Source: Dendrobates tinctorius (lineage: Eukaryota). From it: 64,000 nt of DNA. Below are positions 25,160 to 36,641 of this stretch, piece after piece (within the stretch, counting starts at the first letter, position 1; each line of letters begins with the position of its first letter). The stretch is from the NCBI RefSeq assembly GCF_039654945.1, contig NW_027361824.1:10974001-11038000 (forward strand), in the 5' to 3' direction. The notes beneath the pieces were generated by a model, which saw only the letters and a program-made list of their open reading frames with translations, searched no databases and was not told the origin of the DNA. The position numbers and the translations under genes are program-made.

Positions 25160-25680
25160 TGCTCTCTCGGCTCTCCCCGCGCGCTCCCTTCCCTCTCTCG
25201 GCTCCCCCCGCGCGCTCCCTTCCCTCTCTCGGCTCCCCCCGCGCGCTCCCTTCCCTCTCTCGGCTCCCCCCGCGCGCTCCCTTCCCTCTCTCGGCTCTCC
25301 CCGCGCGCTCCCTTCCCTCTCTCGGCTCTCCCCGCGCGCTCCCTTCCCTCTCTCGGCTCTCCCCGCGCGCTCCCTTCCCTCTCTCGGCTCTCCCCGCGCG
25401 CTCCCTTCCCTCTCTCGGCTCTCCCCGCGCGCTCCCTTCCCTCTCTCGGCTCTCCCCGCGCGCTCCCTTCCCTCTCTCGGCTCTCCCCGCGCGCTCCCTT
25501 CCCTCTCTCGGCTCTCCCCGCGCGCTCCCTTCCCTCTCTCGGCTCTCCCCGCGCGCTCCCTTCCCTCTCTCGGCTCTCCCCGCGCGCTCCCTTCCCTCTC
25601 TCGGCTCTCCCCGCGCGCTCCCTTCTCTCTCTCGGCTCTCCCCGCGCGCTCCGTTCTCTCTCGGCTCTCCCCGCGCGCCC
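25160..25680. repeat. 31-bp pyrimidine-rich minisatellite (CTCTCGGCTCTCCCCGCGCGCTCCCTTCCCT)n
   Basis: Near-perfect tandem units. Confidence 0.95.
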
Positions 25681-26711
25681 AGTTCTCTCTCTTCTATCTC
25701 CTCTCTCTTCTTATCCTCTATAGTCTCCGCTCTGATCCTGTCTCGCTCTTTCCACCACATAAGACGCAGTAACACAAGGATGGAAAAATACAGTTTTTAA
25801 TGACATGAATGAAACAGTTAACCCCTTCTTGTTTTTAAACTTAATAAAAATAAAAAATAATAATTCACCGACTTTCTAACTGACCATGATAATTAATCAA
25901 GAATGATATTTTGGGATGTGGACTGATTTCAGAAAAGTTGGATAAAAACACAAAGTTGCTGTTTTTTTTTTTTTTTTGCAATATCAGGCGACTTTTATAC
26001 TGGCGTAAAGCATCCAAATGATGACAGCTGAGGGTTTGTTACAATTGTATCCAGCTTAGACAATCAGCTCTGCAGGACACCTGCGCTGATACACTGTAAC
26101 AAACCATTAGGACAGACAAGATGTCATGCATTTGCGTCATGGGGCAAGTACCAATTTGCATCTCTCCAGCTGTTGTGATAACTACAGCTCCACTCAGGCA
26201 CTGACAGCAGCAGCATGTTGGGAGCCATAACGTGGCCCAGCTGGGGGGCTGCCGACTCCTGGATACATCAGTGACGCACCCTCAGCTTTGGAGACCTTGG
26301 ATGTAAATGGAAAGGTTTTTATTCCCTGACAGCAAGCAGCGGTAGGATAAAAGTTGCAGAACTTTTCGTTACACGAGAATTCAAGGTACGCAGCTCTGCC
26401 GCACGTCTGGCGAGTCTAATGGGACGCTCCATTTTTCCCTTTCCTGCCCATAGGTTTAGATTAAATCGGTGTTAATCGCCCTCTGCCGCAGTCTTTTTAG
26501 ACCGACTGCTTTGGTGACAATATCGCTTATAACCGCTGCAGCCAATCTCTGAGCTCAGCAGTGTAGTGTGGTTTGTAATATCAGCATCACAGCTAAGCCT
26601 AGTGACTGGCCGCAGCGGTCACGTGATCTGTAGTTGTGCCATCAGATGGGAAGAACCCCCCCTTTAGCGATGTCCGTAGCACAGTGCGCCCCCCCCCCCA
26701 GTCCGTGCTCC

Positions 26712-26789
26712 TCACAGATCCGCCAGCTGATATTTCCGGATTATCCCGTCCCGGCAGCATGTGTACGCCGACTTCTCAAAGACTGCGAC
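26712..26789 (-). CDS. PAAF1: Proteasomal ATPase-associated factor 1, exon 12 (last)
   Basis: VAVFEKSAYTCCRDGIIRKYQLADL*; ccgcag acceptor; AATAAA (minus) at 26318-26323. The 12 exons sum to 1179 nt = 392 aa + stop. Confidence 0.92.
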   Translation of the reverse strand, partial: VAVFEKSAYTCCRDGIIRKYQLADL

Positions 26790-26853
26790 CTGCGGAGACA
26801 AACACGACAGATACAGACCCTGGACCGGTTACAGGGAGGGCAATCCCCTACTG

Positions 26854-27275
26854 AAATATTCTGTGCTGCTCCTTGCATTTTACTCAGTGACCCCTGCTCT
26901 TGATTCCTTTCCTTACTCGCTTCACGCAGAGTTCTTATTGCTCAAATCCTCTGTGCTGCTGGGGGACCCTGAGACGTGCACCACCAATCTGTCCTCATGC
27001 AAAATTACCACACTTCTTTCCTAAAATACTCTGTGCTGCTGGTGGACCCGGAACCCCCAATTCTAATGTAATGACCTCTCTAAAGATCAGCTAACTCCAC
27101 TCCTTAAATGCTCTGTGCTGCTGGTGGAACCTGGGTTTTCTATGACTCACAAGATCAACACATTCCTCCTCTAAAATACTCTGTGCTGCTGGAGAACTCC
27201 ACTATAAAAGTAGCTGTCATGCTGCGATCTGTCATATCATCAGCCCACTCCTCTCCTGTAATCCTCTGTGCTGCT
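26854..27275. repeat. Six copies of a 17-bp core AAAT[AGC][CT]TCTGTGCTGCT separated by divergent 51-73-bp spacers
   Basis: Cores at 26854, 26944, 27024, 27106, 27174 and 27259. Confidence 0.8.
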
Positions 27276-27289
27276 GACACAAGGCATCA

Positions 27290-27583
27290 ATATCCAGAAT
27301 TCCTGCAAAACACAAGCCGCGGAGACACCATCACGTGTTTCTCAACGCAAGCAATGACCAGCCAGGTCTTTCCCCGGGAAGGAACGACCACGGGAAGGGC
27401 AGTCTCCAATGAAGGAAACCACCTATGCCAAAACATGGTATCCATCCACATATTTCCCATAAGGGATGGGGGCATTGCTCTAGAATCACTGCGTTGAGAA
27501 ACACGTGATGGTGTCTCCGCAGTGTCGGATGTTGATCTCCATGAGTTCATTTATCCTCATTTTTCACATATCCAGAATTCCTG
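27290..27583. mobile_element. Short retro-insertion with a 16-bp TSD and an internal 31-bp perfect inverted repeat (possibly Penelope-derived)
   Basis: ATATCCAGAATTCCTG at 27290 and 27568; inverted repeat 27319-27349 / 27490-27520. Confidence 0.6.
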
Positions 27584-27758
27584 ACCTGGTGCTGTACTAA
27601 TGGACTTTCTGGATTATTGGAGATAGAAATTACACCATTTCGGAACAATAAGGAGCAATCTCCTTACTGTGAAGACTCCGGACTATAGGGATGTGAACAC
27701 TTCTCTAGCTGTGGGGCAATATATGGGGTCACATAGGTCGCCCCCCCGGTGGTCTTAC

Positions 27759-27841
27759 CTTATACACAGGATCGCAGTCGGGATCTGTGAGCTCTAGGAC
27801 GTGATCCAGATCCTGCTGGAGGATGAAGCATGTCCCGTCCC
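27759..27841 (-). CDS. PAAF1: PAAF1 exon 11
   Basis: 83 nt, GDGTCFILQQDLDHVLELTDPDCDPVYK, AG/GT bounded. Confidence 0.93.
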
Positions 27842-27987
27842 CTGGAAGAATAATACCGCAGCGTTCATAGTGTGGCTCCATGATATCCTAACGTAGCAAC
27901 GTGCACAAAGCCGGAGCCAAAAAAGGAAAAATGTTGCAAAACCGATGCGGCTCCGGGTCTCATTATCCTACTGTGTTCTCACCGTAC

Positions 27988-28070
27988 CTTGGCTGGCGAC
28001 AAAACCCTCCCTGAATGGCGCCAGCGATAAAACCGGAGCTCCGGACCGGAACACGGTCTGTACTGGGACT
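27988..28070 (-). CDS. PAAF1: PAAF1 exon 10
   Basis: 83 nt, VPVQTVFRSGAPVLSLAPFREGFVASQ, AG/GT bounded. Confidence 0.93.
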
Positions 28071-28155
28071 CTGTGAAGAAGCAATAAATGATGAAGGAAA
28101 TCGCTTGCTGTGCTGCGACGGTCCACACAAGGTCTGGAAGGGGGGGTTCACTTAC

Positions 28156-28271
28156 TTTGTGTTTCTAATGTCTAGCTGGTAGATATTACCGTCTTGACCC
28201 CCTCCTAAGACGTTCACGCTGGAGAGGAAAGTGCAACAGTTAAATGCGTCTGCGCCATCAAAGGTGAAGAC
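28156..28271 (-). CDS. PAAF1: PAAF1 exon 9
   Basis: 116 nt, VFTFDGADAFNCCTFLSSVNVLGGGQDGNIYQLDIRNT, AG/GT bounded. Confidence 0.93.
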
Positions 28272-28648
28272 CTGCAACATAAAAGACCCCAACATGGTAA
28301 ATGTGGTTTTCTTTAACAAACTGATCAATTCTTTTTATCACCACCAGAGGGAGCTGACTGCAAAGGAAGAAGCATTAATGTAGGCAATGAGTTCCCTCTG
28401 GTGGTGACTGCAGGCAGTAAAAATCGGTGACCAGAAAAATGCCCACACGGAAATTTGCCAATTGCAGCATCACAAAAGTTTCAGATCTATATTTGAGGTG
28501 CAAGGTGAGGATGTTCACATGATATGTGAAAATTGCCCACAGACATGAATACCCAAAGGAAAACAGTAGCGAGTTATAGGTGAGATGCTTTGCAGGACAG
28601 ACAATAGCATAGATCTATAGATTAAATGCTCTGCAGGACAGGGGGATA

Positions 28649-29533
28649 TGGTATGAATGAGTCACCTAGGAGGAGGAAAAAACAAAAAGCAAGCTAAGCC
28701 CAGAAAACCGGAGAGGTTGGTAACTAGCGGATTGCAGACCCCTGATCCTATCCACAACAACCAGCAGTAGCTGCGGAGCATGCCTACGGTGGTCCTAGAC
28801 GCCTCGTCACGGCCGGAGAACTAAATAAGCCTAAAGAAAGAAAGGGAAAATCTAAACTGCCCCAGAGCAGACCCCAAAGCAATAGACAGCCCCCAACATG
28901 TATTGTCGGTGAAATAAGATGAAAACACAGACACAGGTAGAAAGATAGGCTGAGCAAACGATGGGACCCTCGCTAACTAGAAAGGACAGGAAAGGAAAGC
29001 TGCTGTCTGCAATCACGCAAAAAACCCTGCCAAAAAGAATGTCCAACACGTCTGATAGAAAAAGGCCCTGAAGTCGCTAGACTTCAAATCACTATATCAG
29101 TACTCAGGTATATTCTGAAGACAGAGCAAAAGAGGTCAACTGATCAGAGACAAAATGGGGATTCAGCCCAGTCCCAGCTAGGGCTGGCTGAACACAAAAA
29201 CTAAGTAAACCAGATGAAAACTCATATGAACAATAGCAGAGAAAACTTAGCTTTAAGAAGGCAGGAATCAAACTGGAAACCAGGAGCCACAGTCAGGAAA
29301 AATCACCAGCAAGAAACTAGGGAGTCGGCTGCCCTAAATCCAATCAGAAACTCCTGATGTCCAATCGCAGTCCTCCTTCTCAGGTGGCCGGTCTCCGCCA
29401 TTTAGATCAGCTTCATTACCTCCCTTCATCAACAGAGGGAGTCCAGATAGAGAACTCACTACTCCTCTGTCAACACAGCCAGCTCCATAACCCTCACCAG
29501 AAGCCAGAGGCAAACCTGAAAAAGCTCACAACA
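28649..29533. mobile_element. Probable solo LTR nested in the MULE
   Basis: TGGTATGA...TCACAACA ends flanked by a GGGATA duplication, splitting a local ATAGGTGAGATGCTCTGCAGGACAG repeat. Confidence 0.6.
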
Positions 29534-29652
29534 GGGATAGTATACAGGTATAGGTGAGATGCTCTGCAGGGCAGGAGAATAATATAGAATTCTAGGTGAG
29601 ATGCTCTGCAGGACAGAGAATAGTATACAGGTATAGGTGAGATGCTCTGCAG

Positions 29653-29862
29653 CACATTTGCTTCAGCTTTTTGAGGGCAGGAGTCATGATAATGTTCTGT
29701 TGGTTCTTGAACTACGTTGTCATCTTTTGTTTTGAGAATTGAATGGCACTCTGAAGAGCGATGCAGTCGGCATCTCCAAGTCACCGCTGCGCTGATAGTA
29801 TGAAATGCAAGATATTCAAACCCCAAGTAAATCAGAACTTTGTTGTTCCTCTGTCTAGAATA
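29653..29862 (-). pseudogene. FLYWCH zinc-finger relic of a MULE transposase
   Basis: YSRQRNNKVLIYLGFEYLAFHTISAAVTWRCRLHRSSECHSILKTKDDNVVQEPTEHYHD fits the FLYWCH W-x-C...C...H-x-H pattern. Confidence 0.7.
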
Positions 29863-30483
29863 CTTTAGATGAACTCAAAATACACTTTTATTGAAAATAA
29901 ATTAAAAAATATGGGGATGGATCTATTAAAGTGCATGCTTTACCTAACCAAAACACAATGGGCTGGCACAGCAGGAACGCCATTGTCACTGGGGTTGTAC
30001 CAAAAGGAATGACAGGATTGCCAATTGGAAACAATGGGGGTGGGGGAGCGCTGGAAGGAACATGTGAAATAATGTCAACGAGGAAACCCAGTGACTTCCA
30101 TGGGCTCCACTGAAATACAGCACAACACAGACAGCAAAGAAAATGCAGAATGGATTTCACCCCAGGTCTCTGGGCCCAGCTTACTGCTCTGGGCTCTACA
30201 GGTTTGGTTCACTCATACCTAGTTCCAGAGGACAGATTCTGTTCTTACGAGCTGTCAGTCCACGCTCAGTGTGGTGTGTATGAGCCTAGAGACCCTTAAT
30301 CATATCCATTCTGCATTTTGTTTCATCCTATGCCTGCCTACACCTGCAGTATATGTGTGTGATACATAACTACGTAGGATCTGTTCACTCTTACTGTTGG
30401 TAGTCATAAGTGGACAGGGAAGGAAGTGCAGGCGCCAGATTCATAGAATCAATAGGAGAGCGGCGCTGCTATGGCACTTCCGG

Positions 30484-31933
30484 TGTAACAGGCCAGATTA
30501 ACCCCCAGCCCAGCATATACCTGGGGTTAAAGTGGTCTAGGCCAGATTATACCGCTCCAGTTCAGAATACACCCCAGATGTTGTAGATCAGGCAGCACAC
30601 GGGGCCCCAGGCAGCACACGGGGGGCAGAGACAGTGAACGGGGTCCCAGGCAGCACACAGGAGCAGAGACAGCGAAGGGGTTCCCAGGCAGCACATGGGG
30701 CCCCAGGCAGCGCACAGGAGCCTTAGGCCGGTTTCACATTAGCGTTTACGGCCGCGTCGGGCTGCGCACGGCCGCCGCTAAGCCCCGCCCCTCCGCCGGT
30801 AGCTTCACCTATGGGCGCATGACGCTGCATGCGTCCCCTATCTTTATCACTGAGGACGCAGGCCATGCGCAGTATGCGTTTGGCGGCGCCTGCGTCCTTT
30901 TGACGGTGTGCCGAGCACAACCAAATTGCAACAGGTTGCGTTTGACGCTGGTCGGTGCACCGTCAAAAGGACACAGGCGCCGCCAAAACGCCTACTGCGC
31001 ACGGCCTGCGTCCTCAGTGATAAAGATAGGGGACGCATGATGCATGCAGCGTCATGCGCCCGCGGGGCATAGCGGCGGCCGTGCGCAGCCCGACGCTGCG
31101 GCCGTAAACGCTAATGTGAAACCGGCCTTAGGCAGTGCACAGGGGCCCCAGGCAGAACACGGGGCCCCAGGCAGAGCACAGGGACCACAGGCAGCACACG
31201 GGGGTCCCGAGCAGTGCACAGGGGGTCGTCCCAAACAGCGCACAGGGGGTCCCAGACAGCACATAGGGGGGCAGAGAAAACATACAGGAGCCCTGCGGGC
31301 TGTCTCTTCCCCCCTTGCATGCTGTCTCTTCCCCCCCTTGCGTGCTGTCTCTGCCCCCCGTGCGCTGTCTAGGGTCCGTGTGCTAACTGGGGCCTCCGTG
31401 TGCTGCATGGGGCCCCGTGTGCTCCCTATGGCCCCTGTTCTCTACCTGGGGACCTGTTCTCTGCCTGGGGACCCCTGTGGGATGCCTGGGGACCCCTGTG
31501 GGATGCCTGGGGACCCCTGTGGGATGCCTGGGGACCCCTGTGGGATGCCTGGGGACACCTGTGCGAAGCCTGGGGACACCTGTGCGAAGCCTGGGGACCC
31601 CTGTGCGATGCCTGGGGCCCCGTGTGCTGCCGGGGGCCCCTGTGCTCTTCCTGGGGCCCCATGTGCTGCCTGTGGCCCCTGTGCTGTGTCTGGGCCCAGT
31701 GTTCTGCCTGGGGCCCCTGTGCACTGCCTGGGGCTCCTGTGCGCTGCCTGGGTCCCCCGTGTGCTTCCTAGGACTCTGTTTGCTGTCTCTGCCCCCCGTG
31801 TGCTGCCTGGGGCCCCGTGTACTGCCTGATCTACAGCAGCTGGGGTATATTCTGACCTGGAGGTGTATAATCTGGCCTAGGCCACTTTAACCACAGGTAT
31901 ATTCTGGGCGGGGGGTTAATCTGGCCTGTTACA
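30484..31933. mobile_element. Foldback non-autonomous DNA element with TGT...ACA termini (Ginger-like)
   Basis: TGTAACAGGCCAGATTAACCCCC... mirrored at the right end over more than 200 bp; flanks CCGG / CCAG. Confidence 0.6.
30726..31127. mobile_element. Palindromic PIF/Harbinger-like MITE
   Basis: TTA TSD; GGCCGGTTTCACATTAGCGTTTACGGCCGC TIRs; near-perfect 402-bp hairpin. Confidence 0.85.
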
Positions 31934-32806
31934 CCAGGTCCTCTGTTGGTCAGTGACATCACTATGTGCTCTTGTCTGCTGACCTGCCTGTCTTACGAGA
32001 GCCCGCAAGAACCAGGGCTCATCCCACTGAACGTCCGCACTCGATCCCCATGGGTAGAACATCACTCAGACAACACAGGGTGAGGGGAAACACACATTGG
32101 TAAGACTATTGGTTCACCAACAGGAAAAAACACAGAGGTGCTACACCTGCGGTCGCAGCGATGAAGGCCTCGAGCAGGCACGGGGGGGTACAGATGCCTG
32201 CTTCTGCTGGATCTCCGTCCTCACTGAAGACGCAGTTGCAGATGACATGCAGCGTGTTGCAGAGACCCGTCGGGTCCCTGCACTGCGATACATGCTGCAC
32301 TGCGACACATGCAATGGCTGTGAGCTGACGTCAGAGGTGCAGCCACAGGGAGCGGCGCATGACAATGGCGCACACTCCGATGTCAGCTGCAGGGCTGTGT
32401 GGTGGCTACAAAAGACACTGGGCGACGTGGGAGCAGAGGAAAGGTGAGCAGAATGTTTTTGTTTTTAAATATGCATTAGGGGCAGAACGGGGACATATAC
32501 ACAAGGATTGGGGACCATGTAAACCAGGATGGGGACATATATACCAAGAAGTGGGCATATATACCAGGATGGAGACCATGTGGACCATATATACCAGCAT
32601 TGGGCCATATACTGTTTCCCCGGATGCAGACATATTCACCAGGATGATGGGCATATATACCAGGATGGGGGACATTTTACTACATAATGAAGGGGGCAAT
32701 TCATGTCTGTATAGAATTTAGAACAATACAGGGGCCCATACATCTGATCAACATGTGTGTGTGGGGGGCAGGTCCAAATTTCGCACTGGGGCCCATCGGA
32801 GTCCAG

Positions 32807-35800
32807 TGTGATGGTGTGATATGCTATATGGATATCATTTTGTGTATATTGCTATATCACTGATTTGCATAGTGTTAATCTTGATGCTTTGTATGTCTGC
32901 AGCCTGACTTTTATCTATGACTCTTGATGACCCCCTGTAGTGTCATAATCCCCCAGGCACCTTTTGTCAAGTCTGGGAGGCCTGAAAACCACCAAACCAG
33001 TTTGACTCTCCCTGGACATAATGAAGGGGCTGGGCAAGTCAGTTGCTGTGTGCAGAGCATGGTGTGAAGACAGGACTTCGGAGAGAAAGAAGAATATATG
33101 GAACATGTTATCACTGTCAGCTGGATTTTGGACTCTCATCTCCCTGGACATGTTATACTGTTACTGAACTGCATTCAGATTCTGGACTATCTTATCCTTT
33201 GTGTGGTGGACTGAATATGGACCTTTTCGTATTTTTGCCTGAATAAAGGTCTTGGAATTGTTCACTCTCCTCTTGCTCTGTTGATTGTGTGATACCAGAG
33301 AAGGACCCAGTGACAATTGGTGGCAGCGGTGGGATCAACAGAGCGTAACCCAATGGAGAACCACCCACAGAGTGAGTACAGAAATTGGACTGTATCCAGT
33401 TTACAGGAGAGAGACAGAGACCTGGGCCTGAACTACCAGGGACTGACTAAAGAGGCCTTAATTGACCTACTGGTGGGTGCTAGTCAGACCATCTACTCCC
33501 ATATGTCTCAAGGACGAGCACTGGAGACAGGGATCCCCTTCCAGAAAAGCCAGTGGTTGGTGTGGTATGAAGAAGAGATGGCGGTTCTGGGCCCCGGCGT
33601 CTCTCAGGAGTACAAGGAGGAGGCTGCCCGCCGGGCACAGCGGAGACAGGAAGCAATGGAGCTTGAAAGAGGGAGTAACGCAATGTGGAGTTTAACCCCA
33701 ACAATCCGGGAGCCTGTACGGATCACCCGGACAGAGTTTAAGCCATTTGATGAGGCTTCTGGAGATGTGGAGGGGTTCTTCAAGGACTTTGAGCAGCAGT
33801 GTGCTGTGATGGAGGCGCCCCACTCTAGCTGGATGCGTTTGTTATTGGGGCTCCTGAACGGAAGCTTGGCGGAGGCTTACCGAACCATTGATGCACTGCG
33901 GAATCGGGATTATAACATTGTAAAGCGGACTATCCTGGATTACCATGCTATCACCCCAGACTCATATAGGGCCAAGTTCTGAGACCTCCCATGCACCACG
34001 GGGGGATCGTTTAGGATGTATGCACATAAGATGTCTCAGGCATGTCGGAGATGGCTGGAAGCAGAAAACGCCTTTACTGTGGAAGATGTTATACAGGCGT
34101 TCCTTATAGAACAATTTCTTGCCAAGTGCCCTGCAGAGGTACGGGAATGGGTCCGGGCGCGCACGCCGTGTACCGTGGATAGAGCTGCAGTCCTGACCGA
34201 TGAAGCCCTTACTATCCGACCGCAATGGAGGAGGCTTCTGGACAATGAACCACGGCCTGCTCCCGCGCCCCGTCCCCCTCCAATTATATCTGCCCTTCCA
34301 CCTAGTCGCAAGCCGCTGACTATCATGCCTCCCAATCCTAGGCCCCAACAGTTCCGACCACAACCTGGGGGTATCACAGAGAGGAGTTGTTATGGGTGTG
34401 GGCAACCTGGACATTTGCAGTTTGGATGTCCCTCAAGGATTCGAAGGGAGCCCCACCTCGTCCAGTGCATCTGGTGCACTCCATCCCGCCTGAGGAAGAG
34501 CTACCACCATCCCCACCAGAGTGGACCACCGACCACGGCACCATAGATACCCCTCCTGGAGTGTACGGACTCCGGCCTCTGTCCTTTAGCTACTCAGAGC
34601 AACGGCAACGCCACCTGCAGGATATCTTAATTGATGGATACAAAGTGTCAGGATTTAGAGACACGGGGGCATTTCTGACTATCAATGACCCCCGTGTGGT
34701 TCGACCCAAGGCAATTCACCAGGGTCCGGAAATTCCCATTGTCTTGGCGGGGGGTGCCCGCAAATATATACAGCGAGCTTTGGTGCGTTTGGATTATGGT
34801 TTTGGAGAAAAACTGTGTTGGATTGGAGTTATGGGAGGACTTCCTGCAGATATCCTCCTTGGGAACGACATTGGGGAGTTACAGTGTCATTTTGTGGGAG
34901 CAGTCACCCGACTACAGGCCCTTCAAGCACCACCACATCCGGACCCCACTGAGGAGCAATCTGTTTGGCCAGAAGGTCCGTGGGCCTCTCACTCTTCTGA
35001 AAGAACAATTGGAGGGAGATATCGCAGATATTGGAATGCCGATCATTCTCTACGTTCTAGAGTTTAGAGTTCAGAGATCGTCTCGCCCAGCTAGTGGCTA
35101 ATGATCAACAGCAAATGGCCCAGTCCAGTCAAGAAACCTGGTATGACTGTAACACCAGGACCCGGGAATTTATGGAAGGACATCAAGTGCTTATAATTAT
35201 TGCAACCCCTGCCACTGTACAAGGAACTATAAACGATTGAGCAATGTGGACTATAGTGAGCAGGCCAGAGGTCTGTGTAGACCTCATAGCGTGCTCACTT
35301 ATTATGGGGGGGGGGGGGGGGGGAGAGGTTGTGATGGTGTGATATGTTATATGGATATCATTTTGTGTATATTGCTATTTCAGTGATTTGCATAGTATTA
35401 ATCTTGATGCCTTGTATGTCTGCAGCCTGACTTCTATCTATGACTCTTGATGACCCCCTGTAGTGTCATAATCCCCCAGGCACCTTTTGTCAAGTCTGGG
35501 AGGCCTGAAAACCGCCAAACCGGTTTGACTCTCCCTGGACATAATGAGGGGGCTGGGGAGGATAGGGACTGGGGAGGATAGGGGCTGGGCAAGTCAGTTG
35601 CTGTGTGCAGAGCATGGTGTGAAGACAGGACTTCGGAGAGAAAGAAGAATATATGGAACATGTTATCACTGTCAGCTGGATTTTGGACTCTCATCTCCCT
35701 GGACATGTTATACTGTTACTGAACTGCATTCAGATTCTGGACTATCTTTTCCTTTGTGTGGTGGACTGAATATGGACCTTTCATATTTTTGCCTAAATAA

Positions 35801-35869
35801 ATGTCTTGGAATTGTTCACTCTCCTCTTGCTCTGTTGATTGTGTGATACCAAAGAAGGACCCCGTGACA
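32807..35869 (+). mobile_element. Gypsy (Gmr1-like) LTR retrotransposon, gag-protease only, non-autonomous
   Basis: LTRs 32807-33315 and 35330-35869 (TGT...ACA); CCAG TSD; PBS TGGTGGCAGCGGTGGGAT (tRNA-Leu-like) at 33318; G-run PPT at 35306-35328. Confidence 0.92.
33353..35067 (+). pseudogene. Disrupted gag (SCAN-like domain, CCHC knuckle) and aspartic protease of the LTR element
   Basis: In-frame TGA at 33980; IEQFLAKCPAEVREWV (SCAN-like); CYGCGQPGHLQFGC; frameshift near 34450; protease DTGA ... ILLGND. Confidence 0.85.
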
Positions 35870-36549
35870 CCAGTTACACCACTGCAAAAACATATACATT
35901 CACAGCAAGAACACAAGGTGGTACAAGTTTCGGCTGTGCCTTCTGGGCTTCCAGGAACAACCATCTCTGCCAGCAGCTCCCTGCTTTTGGTGGCCTCCAA
36001 CTGAGACGATAATGTATTAGATGTGCCCTGCAGTCCCATGTAACTCCACAGATAACACAGTGATACTTTTGTGTGTACTGATAGCAGTGATGGCTCCTCT
36101 GGATCAGACTGCTGCTGGTTCTGCTTGTGCTGCTGGTTTGGGCTGGTGGGAGGCGTAAGGCAGAATCAGTGAGAGATGAGAGCAGACTAGATCTATTGCT
36201 GATAATGACAGACTGCTACAGGCACAGATCTTCATTTTTGCAGTTTTGCACTAGATCAACTGTAAATCACAAGTTAATCACATATCATGTGAACATTCTC
36301 ACCTTGTACCTCAAAAATCATAGATCTTAAACTTTGTGATGCTGCATTTGGCAATTTTCCATGTGGGCATTTTTACTGTGGGCAATTTTCCTGTGGGCAT
36401 TTTTCAGGGAACCATAAAAATCGGACCACCAGAAATCTTACACCCTATCGCGGCCATATAAAGTGCTGCGCCATAGTTTGGTGCGATATAAACAAACACG
36501 ATGATATCATATGCAGATGAGGGGTCCAGATCTCCGAGTCATTACTTAC

Positions 36550-36641
36550 AGACTGGCGGCTCTGCAGACTCTTGGCTTCCAGTTTCCCGTCTTCTCTAGC
36601 CAGCAGCAGTAACTTTCCTTCACTCCCGATTTCCCGGTCAC
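36550..36641 (-). CDS. PAAF1: PAAF1 exon 8
   Basis: 92 nt, DREIGSEGKLLLLAREDGKLEAKSLQSRQS. Confidence 0.94.

Larger units (their letters stand above)
28426..36413 (-). mobile_element. Mutator-like element (MULE) relic filling PAAF1 intron 8, with nested insertions
   Basis: GG...CC ends; ~100-130-bp imperfect TIRs (28426-28530 vs 36278-36413); 9-bp TSD GTAAAAATC/ATAAAAATC; FLYWCH-like relic at 29653-29862. Confidence 0.75.

Noticed and set aside
24948-25800. 200-270-aa Pro/Ser/Arg-rich ORFs
   Set aside because: 31-bp minisatellite artefacts.
26854-27275. CRISPR array
   Set aside because: Vertebrate intron, no cas genes, cores short and non-palindromic, spacers partly related; kept only as a repeat-spacer observation.
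31044-31890. 261-aa GDPCGMP-repeat ORF (keratin-associated or collagen-like appearance)
   Set aside because: 21-bp internal repeat of the foldback element.
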